A stretch of DNA of 62,472 bases, taken from NCBI GenBank assembly GCA_041481715.1, contig JBGPCK010000003.1:1-62472 (forward strand), given 5' to 3'. The notes under the pieces are model-generated. The model was not told the origin of the DNA, searched no databases, and saw only the letters and a program-made list of their open reading frames with translations. Source of the DNA: Thermoanaerobaculia bacterium. Lineage in GTDB: Bacteria; Acidobacteriota; Thermoanaerobaculia; UBA5066; Gp7-AA6. The first letter of the stretch is position 1. Each line of letters opens with the position of its first letter. Position numbers and translations under genes: made by a program. This document shows positions 53,865-61,476 of this stretch, piece by piece.

Positions 53865-54575
53865 TCAGGGTGATTCCTCCTTCTCTTCCTCACGCGCCGC
53901 CTTCCAGCGTCCGGCGCCGGCCTCGCCGGTTCCGAAGGTCGTCGCTTCCCAAGTGCCCGAAATCTCCCTGCCGTCGGTCGAGAGACGGCCGTAGAAAACC
54001 GCGTTGAAACCGAGCTTCGAGTCCACGCGCTCCAGTCGCAGTTTGTCGGCGACCAGGGTCCCGCGCAGTGAGCCCGTAGCGCCCCCTTCGAGCGTGTACT
54101 CCCCGGAGACAATCGCGCCCTGGAGGCTCAATCGGAAAACGCCGCGCTGCTCCCCCGGGTCGATCATCACGGCCCAGCGGCCGTTCAGAAGGTCTCCCGG
54201 TTTCTTGGCCTGCGTGTCTGATTCGAGCATGGAAACCCGGCGTCGGCGGTCGACCACGCGCTCCGCGAGCATTCGCCGGCGGTCAAGCAAGGAACGGACC
54301 TCTTGTTCCGTAGAAGAAAGGGCGTCCTCCCGGCGGAGCACCTCGTCCGCGGCGTCGGATCTCGTCGCCGCGTCGGAGACGGCGCGGCTGGCGGTCGCGA
54401 GATCCGCCAGCGCGGCCTCCAGACGCCGGGTGATGTCCCCGAGGCGGCCCGTGTCGGCGGCCAGCAGACGGCGCTCTCGAGAGAGCTCCGCACGCGCCGC
54501 GTCGGAAGCGGTGTCCGCCGCGAGCGCACTGGAGACGAGCAGGCTCGCCAGAACGATGGCTCCGTGGCGCTTCAT
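53865..54575 (-). CDS. Secreted coiled-coil protein with C-terminal beta-rich domain (hypothetical)
   Basis: 236-aa ORF with the signal peptide MKRHGAIVLASLLVSSALA. About 100 aa are R/A/E/L-rich and heptad-like, followed by a G/T/S-rich ~110-aa domain. Confidence 0.55.
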   Translation of the reverse strand: MKRHGAIVLASLLVSSALAADTASDAARAELSRERRLLAADTGRLGDITRRLEAALADLATASRAVSDAATRSDAADEVLRREDALSSTEQEVRSLLDRRRMLAERVVDRRRRVSMLESDTQAKKPGDLLNGRWAVMIDPGEQRGVFRLSLQGAIVSGEYTLEGGATGSLRGTLVADKLRLERVDSKLGFNAVFYGRLSTDGREISGTWEATTFGTGEAGAGRWKAAREEEKEESP

Positions 54576-54687
54576 TCCGGTCCGGATTCTAGCGTGCCTC
54601 CGGGACCCGCCCGCGTTTGGGCCTCAAAAAGGGGAAAGGGAGGCATCGCGCCTCCCTTTCGCCGGACCGTTCAAACGCCAGATGCGC

Positions 54688-55230
54688 TCAGTGCGAGGCT
54701 CGCACCTCCAGGGGGCGCGTCGGCAATCCGCGGCTCTGGGCGGACTTGGCGAGGGCCCGGTCCACCTGGCGCTCGACCTCCATCTCGTCCATGCCGTTGA
54801 TCACGGCGATCTCCGAGATGATCAGGTACCGGGCGCGCTCGTACATCTTCTTCTCCCGGAAGGACAGCGTCTTGCGAACCGAGATGTAGTTGAGCGTCTT
54901 CAGAACGTCGGCGATGTCCTGAAGACGGCCGCTCTTCATCTTGTCGAGGTTCTGTTTGTACCGCCCCTTCCAGTCGCCCGACGCCGAAAAACGCCCGTCC
55001 CCCAGCATCTTCATCAGCCCTGTAATGTCCTTGCGCTGGGTCAGACGCCGCAGCCCAATCAAGTCCGTGTTCCCGATGGGAACCATCACCTTGGAGTTGT
55101 TCGACAGGAGACGGAGGTGATAGAAGCTGCGAGGAGAGACGGGTTCCGTTCCGAAGCCTTCGCCGATCTTCTCGACGACCGAAACGCCGTGATTCGGGTA
55201 CACCACCTTCTCACCCACTCTGAAGCTCAC
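54688..55230 (-). CDS. carD: CarD/CdnL-family RNA polymerase-binding transcription factor
   Basis: 180-aa ORF with a GTG start 5 nt after AGGAGG. It begins FRVGEKVVYPNHGV (Tudor-like RID) and has a C-terminal helical domain. Confidence 0.92.
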   Translation of the reverse strand: MSFRVGEKVVYPNHGVSVVEKIGEGFGTEPVSPRSFYHLRLLSNNSKVMVPIGNTDLIGLRRLTQRKDITGLMKMLGDGRFSASGDWKGRYKQNLDKMKSGRLQDIADVLKTLNYISVRKTLSFREKKMYERARYLIISEIAVINGMDEMEVERQVDRALAKSAQSRGLPTRPLEVRASH

Positions 55231-55289
55231 TCAATCCTCCTAAAAGTAAAAAAAATCTGATACGCCGAACCTTGAATTTTAGGGCAAAA

Positions 55290-55318
55290 GGGGCAAAAAC
55301 GCAACCCCGACAGGGGTT
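55290..55318 (-). terminator. Rho-independent terminator upstream of carD
   Basis: On the minus strand, AACCCC-TGTC-GGGGTT is followed by GCGTTTTTGCCCCTTTT. Confidence 0.5.
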
Positions 55319-55510
55319 TAGCAGGGGACCGAAAGGCCGGACCGACCCCTCTCGGGTCTAAAAGCCTCACGTTTTGAGGCTTAGCCCGGTTCGACCCAAG
55401 AACCGCCCGGAGGGCCCAATGGCAGACCAACTGGGCCTTCGGCGGAGTCTGACCCAGGCCGGCTCTTACTAGTCCTCCGGCCCTAGAAGTGAACCTATGC
55501 TTAGGGCCCC
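55319..55510 (-). ncRNA. Candidate small structured RNA (unclassified)
   Basis: This ~190-nt stretch has no convincing ORF. It contains several hairpins: AGCCTCA-AAACG-TGAGGCT (55362-55380), CCGGAGG/CCTCCGG (55411-55417 with 55478-55484) and GGCCCTA...TAGGGCC (55483-55510). It ends at the minus-strand terminator above. Confidence 0.25.
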
Positions 55511-55600
55511 TTCCGTGAGCTGTGCGGGCGCGCGCGGGCGCTTTCCTGGCTCCCTCAGGAATACCATCACGCGGTGCCCCCGGCTCGCCATCCGCCCTCT

Positions 55601-57495
55601 ATGCTGAAAATGTTAGCGCCGGGGCTTGCACCGACAAGGGGCCGCTCCTCTTTCTACCTCTTCTTGGTCGCCACGGTGAGTTTCGTCGCTTATCTGGCAA
55701 ACAGCTTTGTGGTCAAGACGTTTCTCTACGAGGTTGGGAGGCTGTTTGGTGGGTACCTGCTCAAGTGAATTGACATGGATCACGCCCTGGCGCTCCCGTC
55801 CCTGCTCTTGCCGGCCTTGTCGACGGCCCTTCTCTCGCGATTCGCCTTCCCCGGCTTCGGCCCCCCCATCCGCTTCCTGTTGCAGGCGGTCTCTTACACC
55901 CTCTTGGTCCTTCTTCCCGTACAGTTCCTCGCCGCGCTCCAGATCGCAAGTTCAGGAAGCCAGCTGTCGTTGCTGACGATTTTCATTTTCAAGCCGCTCT
56001 GGCTGTCGTCTTTCTGGTTTGGTGGCTGGCTATTCGGAGTCGTCGGTCTCCAACCGCGGCCACGCCGAGGCCCCCCGCTCCTCTGGAATTCTCTCGGCTT
56101 ACGTCCGTATGCATCGCCATCACGGCGGTCGGCTACGGCATTTTCCTTCTCAACTCTTTGACGTCGTTTCCGACGTCCTGGGACGGCAATGCCTACCATC
56201 TTCCCAAGGCCCTACGATGGCTCCAAGAGGAGCTCACTCCGTATGGATGCCGGAGCCGAATGGCATCTCTGGCTTCCCGGAAACTGCGAAATACCCATGA
56301 TGGTCATTCTCGGAAGCCGCCTCCAGTCGATCGTCTTCCTCGTTCAGGTCCTACCCCCTGATCGGCCTCGCCGTTGCTTCCTATGTCGTCGCCCGACGCC
56401 TCGATGTCGGCTCCGAAGCATCGATCATCGCCATGCTCGTCCTCTTGAGCGTTCCCATCGTGATTCAGCAGGCGTTTGGCGAATATGTCGACCTCTATGG
56501 AACGAGCTTTCTGATAATCGGCCTGGCACTGTTTCTTTCACGTGGCGACCATTGGGACGCAAGAAGGTCGAGGTTCCAGAACGCCGTTCTGCTACTTTTC
56601 TCTTCGCTCTCCTTCGGCGTATGACGCGACGGGCAATCCCTTGTTTCCCATGCGCGTCGCCCTGGGCACTCACATCATTTTCAGTGGCCCGGTTTCAGGC
56701 AAGACGCTCGAGAGCTACGATCCGAATGGCGTCCGATCGTTGGTCAATCTCGTCAAGTACCCCTGGACCGAGTGGAAATGGGGCGGAGGCGGATACACCG
56801 TGGATTCAGGCCTCGGAGCCTCATTTGCCACTTTCGTTCCTTTGGGCTTCCTTCTGCTTACGATCCAGGCGTTGAGGAGGCGCAACAGGCCACTCGGCGT
56901 ACGGGAAGTCCTGTTGCTCTGGGTTGCTCTGGGAGCTCTCGTCTGGTTCTTCGGAATGGCGTGCGTGATCCGGTTTGCTTTGCCCCTTGTCTGTCTGAGT
57001 TGCGTTCTCTCTTCGATCTTGCTCGACAAGCTCATTCACGACGAGAGGGCCCGGGCTTCAATTCTCTTGACCGTCTCCTTCGCAACAACGCTCACCATCG
57101 CGGCGTTCGATCCATTTCTCCCTTTTTTGGCACGCGTCCGTACGGGTCGTTGGGGTCATCAGCAGTTCTACGCCCTTCCGCGGATCATCGAGCAGCTTCC
57201 GGAAGGGTCTCGGATCCTGAACCGCACCGATGACGAGACGCTCAACTTCCCTCTAGCCGGAGAGCACTTGCAGAACCGGGTCGTCGGTACTGCCGAGGCG
57301 CCATCGGAATTGACAGCCGAATTCCTGCGCGGAAGGAATATCGATTACGTGGTAGAGCGTGGACCCCGTTACGAGGGCGATGAGGATCTCTCGAACCTGG
57401 GCACCTTGCTCGCCGACGGAGCAGACGGAAAGACGACGCGAGGCAGTGCCCCATCGGCCGGATGGAGGGTCTGGAAGATAGCCAAGAATCGATAA
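55601..57495 (+). pseudogene. Disrupted polytopic membrane glycosyltransferase-like gene (ArnT/PMT-like, family uncertain)
   Basis: Hydrophobic protein-like translation continues across an in-frame TGA (55766) and at least four frame changes. The pieces are 55574-55768, 55775-56161, 56158-~56230, ~56230-56330, ~56340-56624 and 56542-57495. GC is lower here (35/60 at 56401-56460). Confidence 0.6.
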
Positions 57496-57511
57496 GGGCG
57501 AAAGAGTCCCC

Positions 57512-57604
57512 CGCGAAGCCGTTGGATTCAAAGGCCCTCGCGGCAATCATCGCCTCTCGCGGCCGGAGTGGCGCGGAATGGCAGACGCAGGGGACGCAAG
57601 ATCC
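57512..57604 (+). repeat. Direct repeat copy 1: tRNA-Leu promoter + 5' half of tRNA-Leu (degenerate)
   Basis: It aligns with 58295-58385 with a 2-nt indel and about 10 substitutions. Identity ends in the anticodon loop (CGCAAGA here, CTCAAAA in the intact gene). Confidence 0.8.
57562..57604 (+). pseudogene. Truncated tRNA-Leu (5' half only)
   Basis: GCCGGAGTGGCGCGGAATGGCAGACGCAGGGGAC matches the acceptor, D-arm and anticodon-stem 5' strand of the intact gene. No T-arm or 3' acceptor strand follows. Confidence 0.7.
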
Positions 57605-57825
57605 GGCTCCCCGGCGCATCTCGCTGCCCGACGCCGAACCCTCCCCCGAGGAGGTCGGAGACCTCTACCCCTGACGACCCCGCTTGCATACCCGACCGCC
57701 GTGGTCCGACCCTGCGGCGGCTCGTTGCGATCCCCCTCCACGGCGGACCGAAACGTTCGACCGGCTGTCCTCGTTCTTGACACAGAAGGGCGCACCCTGG
57801 AATCTGCGCCCCAAAAAGGGAGGCG

Positions 57826-58044
57826 ATGGGCGAGTCCGAGGGGATCCAGCTCCTGTCCTGTCGGGCTCGCGGCTGGCCAAACGTCGTCGATAACGGCGTG
57901 GCGCCCGAGCGGTGCTCAAGCCCGAAGGGCGGCCTCCCACTGGACGGCGGCGGTCCCACCCGGGTCTCGGGCTCACACCGGCTACAACCCGACGACGCGA
58001 CGATCGAGGAGGTCCACAAGCCTCGGGCCCTGGAGCGACGATGA
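57826..58044 (+). CDS. Hypothetical small protein (cassette ORF-A)
   Basis: 72-aa ORF with a strong RBS (AAGGGAGG, 2 nt before the ATG). Its stop overlaps the next ATG (ATGA). Confidence 0.3.
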   Translation: MGESEGIQLLSCRARGWPNVVDNGVAPERCSSPKGGLPLDGGGPTRVSGSHRLQPDDATIEEVHKPRALERR

Positions 58045-58283
58045 ATACTCGAAAGGCGATCTCGTTCCTGCAAGAAGCGCGCGAGATTCCGATCGTGCCG
58101 GGCGACTCGTGCACGGGTTGGGGGTTTACTTGCAGCCTAGAACGGCCGTGCAAGGTTCATCAGCACATCGCCGAGACGCTCTTCACCGCCTACGAGGAGG
58201 GCCTACGCCACGGGGGCAGGCGGAAAGTGCCTCCAAGCGACCGGCCGGCGCAGTCCATCGTGCCTTCGGTCGAACGGCGCTGA
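58041..58283 (+). CDS. Hypothetical small protein (cassette ORF-B)
   Basis: 80-aa ORF (MNTRKAISFLQEAREIPIVPGDSC...) translationally coupled to ORF-A. It ends 12 nt before the repeated tRNA promoter. Confidence 0.35.
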   Translation: MNTRKAISFLQEAREIPIVPGDSCTGWGFTCSLERPCKVHQHIAETLFTAYEEGLRHGGRRKVPPSDRPAQSIVPSVERR

Positions 58284-58304
58284 AGTGGAACTCTCGCGAA
58301 GCGG

Positions 58305-58333
58305 TTGGATTCAAAGGCCCTCGCGGCTATCAT
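58305..58333 (+). promoter_or_regulatory. Sigma-70-type promoter of tRNA-Leu
   Basis: TTGGAT (58305-58310), a 17-nt spacer, then TATCAT (58328-58333). It ends 11 nt before the mature tRNA 5' end. Copy 1 (57525-57553) has AATCAT instead. Confidence 0.55.
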
Positions 58334-58344
58334 CGTCGCTCCAA

Positions 58345-58430
58345 GCCGGAGTGGCGGAATGGCAGACGCAGGGGACTCAAAATCCCCCGCTCGCAAGGGC
58401 ATGAGGGTTCGACTCCCTCCTCCGGCACCA
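58345..58430 (+). tRNA. tRNA-Leu (anticodon CAA), CCA encoded
   Basis: Hand-folded cloverleaf. Acceptor is GCCGGAG/CTCCGGC, anticodon stem GGGGA/TCCCC, loop CTCAAAA. It has a long variable arm, T-arm GAGGG-TTCGACT-CCCTC, discriminator A and CCA. Confidence 0.93.
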
Positions 58431-58460
58431 AGTAGCCCACTCGTCCAACAGCCTCACTCC

Positions 58461-58490
58461 GTGCCGGAGGAGGAGACGAGAACCCTCATG
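58461..58490. repeat. Inverted partial copy of the tRNA-Leu T-arm/acceptor 3' region
   Basis: GTGCCGGAGGAGGAGACGAGAACCCTCATG is close to the reverse complement of 58400-58428 (CATGAGGGTTCGACTCCCTCCTCCGGCAC), with a few mismatches or indels. Confidence 0.7.
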
Positions 58491-58575
58491 GGGTGCGCGA
58501 GGGGGCAGCGTCCCCTCGCCCTGATTAGCGTCGGCCGTGGCCGAAGGCCACGCTCCCGCGAAGCGGGCGGCCGAC

Positions 58576-58592
58576 TCGACTCCCTCCTCCGG
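58576..58592 (+). repeat. Direct 17-nt copy of the tRNA-Leu 3' end (att-like)
   Basis: TCGACTCCCTCCTCCGG is identical to 58409-58425 and is followed by GGTTTT. Confidence 0.7.
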
Positions 58593-58704
58593 GGTTTTCA
58601 GGCGCGGCGGTTGCTTCGCGACCTGCGCCTGAGAGTTCTAGCCAAAAGGGCCCCGTTCAGAACGCAAGAAGGCACGGACGGCTACGAAAGTAGCGCCCGT
58701 CGTC

Positions 58705-59946
58705 TCAGTGCTCGAGCCCGTACTCTTTGATCTTGTTGTAGATCGTCTTCAGAGACAGCTTCAGAAGCTCGGCGGTCTTTCGCTTGTTTCCTCGCGCGAA
58801 CTCGAGCGTCTTCTGGATCAGGCGCCGTTCCACGTCCGCCAGCGAATTACCCACCGCGATCCGCACGACCGGCGCCTTCTTGCGCCGGGACCGCCGGGAG
58901 GCCAGCGGACGCCCCAGCACCGACGTGACGACCGTCGGCCCGATCGCCGGCCCCTCCGTCAGGCGGGCGGCGCGACGCACGACTTCCTTGAGCTCCCGGA
59001 CGTTGCCAGGCCAATCGTGCGCGAGCAGCGCGTCGATGGCCTGCGGCTCGAGGGAAAGAGTGGCATCGAGCTCGTGCAGAAACTGTCGCGCGAGAAGCTC
59101 GACATCCTCGCCCCGCTCCCGAAGAGGTGGCAGGTGAACGATGTGATCCGACAGACTTTCGGCCAGCAGCGGCGAGAGAGAGCCGTTGGCCGTCGCCTCG
59201 CTGGGATTCTGATCGGTTGAGAGAATCAGGCGCCGCCCGCGGGGCCGCTCGACCTCCGCCCTCAGCGCCGTCTGGACGAAGGCCGGTGAGCTCTCGATCT
59301 CCGGCACGAATACGGAGCCTCCGGCGGCGCAGAGCGCGTCGAGGCCGTCCCAATCGGTCGCGGTAACGAAAGGCTCCGACCCGCGGCGAGACAGCCGATG
59401 GAGCGCCCGGGCCGCCGGTTCCTTCTCGGTTCCCGCCTCTCCGGTCAACAGCACCGGCGACTCGAGTGGAGCCTCACGCTCCAGCGTCGCCAGCGCCGCT
59501 CTCCAGCGGTCGGAGCGCCCGGAAAGCGTCGTCGCGATCTCGTTGCGCGCCAGCCGCAGGCGCATCTCCTCGATCCCCCCCTCTCGCTCACGCCGGGCGC
59601 CAAACCGCGAGCGCAGAAGCGCCACCCGGCCCTCGGAAACGGGCCGCCAGAGAAAGTCGTGCGCTCCGCGAGCCATCGCCCGGACGCCCTCTTCGAGGCA
59701 GGTTCCGTCGATCAGCGCATAGATCCCCCGGCGTGGGTCTGCCGTCCGCGCCCTTTCGAGAAACTCCATCGGATCGCCGTCGGCTACGTCGAACGCCGCG
59801 ATCACGGCGTCCGGAGCGAACTCCGGCAGGTGCCGCTCCGCTTCACCGACCGTTGCGACCCCGCGGACCTGGTCCCCCGCCATAGAAAAAGCGCGCCGCA
59901 GCGCGTCCCGGGACTCCGGCTGTGGATCGACGATGAGAACCTTCAT
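58705..59946 (-). CDS. NtrC-family response regulator (REC + degenerate AAA+ + Fis-type HTH)
   Basis: 413-aa ORF with an N-terminal receiver (MKVLIVDP...AAFDV) and a C-terminal HTH (KRKTAELLKLSLKTIYNKIKEYGL). The central domain has GEAGTEKE in place of GESGTGKE and VFVPEIE in place of LFLDEI. There is no GAFTGA segment. Confidence 0.85.
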   Translation of the reverse strand: MKVLIVDPQPESRDALRRAFSMAGDQVRGVATVGEAERHLPEFAPDAVIAAFDVADGDPMEFLERARTADPRRGIYALIDGTCLEEGVRAMARGAHDFLWRPVSEGRVALLRSRFGARREREGGIEEMRLRLARNEIATTLSGRSDRWRAALATLEREAPLESPVLLTGEAGTEKEPAARALHRLSRRGSEPFVTATDWDGLDALCAAGGSVFVPEIESSPAFVQTALRAEVERPRGRRLILSTDQNPSEATANGSLSPLLAESLSDHIVHLPPLRERGEDVELLARQFLHELDATLSLEPQAIDALLAHDWPGNVRELKEVVRRAARLTEGPAIGPTVVTSVLGRPLASRRSRRKKAPVVRIAVGNSLADVERRLIQKTLEFARGNKRKTAELLKLSLKTIYNKIKEYGLEH

Positions 59947-59997
59947 GTGTTTACCAAAGGGGCGATTCTAACATCCCAGATTGGCCGGCCGGTCGAC

Positions 59998-61461
59998 TCA
60001 GCCCTGGTTGCCCAGCCGAATCCCGAGCGTGGGCCACAGTTCGTCCACCCGCTTCTTCACCTCCGGGCTCATGACGATTTCGGGAGGCCACGGCCGGTCG
60101 AACCCCTCCCCCTTCCATTTCCGGGTCGCGTCGATTCCCATCTTGCTGCCGTAGCACGGCAGCCGCGACGCGAAGTCGAGCTCGTCCACCGGCCCGCGAA
60201 CGAAGGCGATGTCTCGTTCCGGATCGATCGCCGTCAGGACTCGCCAGAGGAGCTCCGGCCCCCGCCGCAGCTCGACGTCCGCGTCGACGACCACGATCGT
60301 CTTGCTGAACATCATCTGGCCAGGGCCCCAGATGGCGTGCATCGTCTTGCGCGCATGGCCGGGGAAGCGCTTGTCGATCGAGACGATCATCAGGTTGTGA
60401 AAAATGCCCTCGACGGGCAAGTACATGTCCACAATCTCCGGAATCGCCTTCCGAACGAGCGGAAGGAACAGCCGCTCGACCGCCTCCCCCATGAAGCCGT
60501 CCTCCATCGGCGGGCGCCCGACGATGGTCGTCATGTAGGTCGCTTCCCGCCGGCGCGTCACGGCCGTCACGTGAAAGACCGGAAATTCGTCCTCTAGGGA
60601 GTAAAAGCCGGTGTGGTCGCCGAACGGGCCCTCGACGCGCCGCTCACCGGGTTCCACGTACCCCTCGAGCACGATCTCCGCCTCCGCCGGAACGAGCAGG
60701 TCGACGGTCTTCGCGGCCACGAGCGGCACCGCCTCTCCGCGCACGAAGCCGGCAAACAGGAACTCCGAGAGGCCCGGTGGCAGAGGCGCGATCGCGGAGA
60801 AGACCGTCGCCGGGTCGCACCCGATGGCGACCGCGACCTCCATCCGGCGGCCCTCCCGCTCGTAGCCGCGGGCCTGACCCGCACCGTCCTTGTGCTTTTG
60901 CCAGTGCATGCCCGTGGTCCGCCGGTCGAAGATCTGCATCCGGTACATCCCGACGTTGGTCTTGCCGGAGACCGGATCTCGGGTGATGACGAGCGGCATC
61001 GTGATGAAGGGCCCCGCGTCCTCGGGCCAGCACGTCAGCACCGGGAGCTTGCCGAGATCGACGTCCTCGCCCGCCTCGACGACTTCCTGGCAGGCTCCGG
61101 AGCGCACGGTCTTCGGAAAGACGGCGGCAAGCTCCGTGACGCGTGGCAATGCCTTCAGCTTGCCGAGGATCCCTTCGGGGGGCTTCGGATCGAGGAAGAA
61201 GTCGAGCCGTTCGTCCCAGTCCAGGTAAGAAGAGATCTCGAGCGCCTTGAGCATCCGCCGGCGCGACGCGAACACATTGATCGCGACCGGCAGGCCGGAG
61301 CCCCGCACGTTCTCGAAGAGGAGCGCCGGTCCCCCGCCTTTCACGGCCCGGTCGGCGATCTCGCTAAGCTCCAGACGCGGCGAGACCTCCTCTCTCACCC
61401 TCACGAGATCGCCGTCCCGCTCGAGGGCCTGCAGAAACGCGGAGAGATCCTTGTACGCCAT
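59998..61461 (-). CDS. UbiD-family (prenylated-FMN dependent) decarboxylase
   Basis: 487-aa ORF beginning MAYKDLSAFLQALERDGDLVRV. It has a typical UbiD core (GPFGDHTGFYS). Confidence 0.9.
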   Translation of the reverse strand: MAYKDLSAFLQALERDGDLVRVREEVSPRLELSEIADRAVKGGGPALLFENVRGSGLPVAINVFASRRRMLKALEISSYLDWDERLDFFLDPKPPEGILGKLKALPRVTELAAVFPKTVRSGACQEVVEAGEDVDLGKLPVLTCWPEDAGPFITMPLVITRDPVSGKTNVGMYRMQIFDRRTTGMHWQKHKDGAGQARGYEREGRRMEVAVAIGCDPATVFSAIAPLPPGLSEFLFAGFVRGEAVPLVAAKTVDLLVPAEAEIVLEGYVEPGERRVEGPFGDHTGFYSLEDEFPVFHVTAVTRRREATYMTTIVGRPPMEDGFMGEAVERLFLPLVRKAIPEIVDMYLPVEGIFHNLMIVSIDKRFPGHARKTMHAIWGPGQMMFSKTIVVVDADVELRRGPELLWRVLTAIDPERDIAFVRGPVDELDFASRLPCYGSKMGIDATRKWKGEGFDRPWPPEIVMSPEVKKRVDELWPTLGIRLGNQG

Positions 61462-61476
61462 TGGCCGCGGCCCGGA

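Noticed and set aside
55319-55510. SRP RNA, 6S RNA, tmRNA, RNase P or tRNA identity for the carD-upstream segment (GGTTCGA at about 55398, GGGTCAGAC...CCGAAGG at about 55440)
   Set aside because: The GGTTCGA has no flanking T-stem complementarity. The putative SRP domain IV lacks the GGAA tetraloop and AGCAGC motif. No conserved RNase P or tmRNA boxes are present. It is left as unclassified.
57562-57700. A second functional tRNA-Leu (copy 1), or a tRNA with an intron
   Set aside because: The anticodon stem cannot pair (GGGGA vs TCCGG). There is no T-arm (GGTTCGA-type), and no 3' strand complementary to GCCGGAG occurs within 150 nt.
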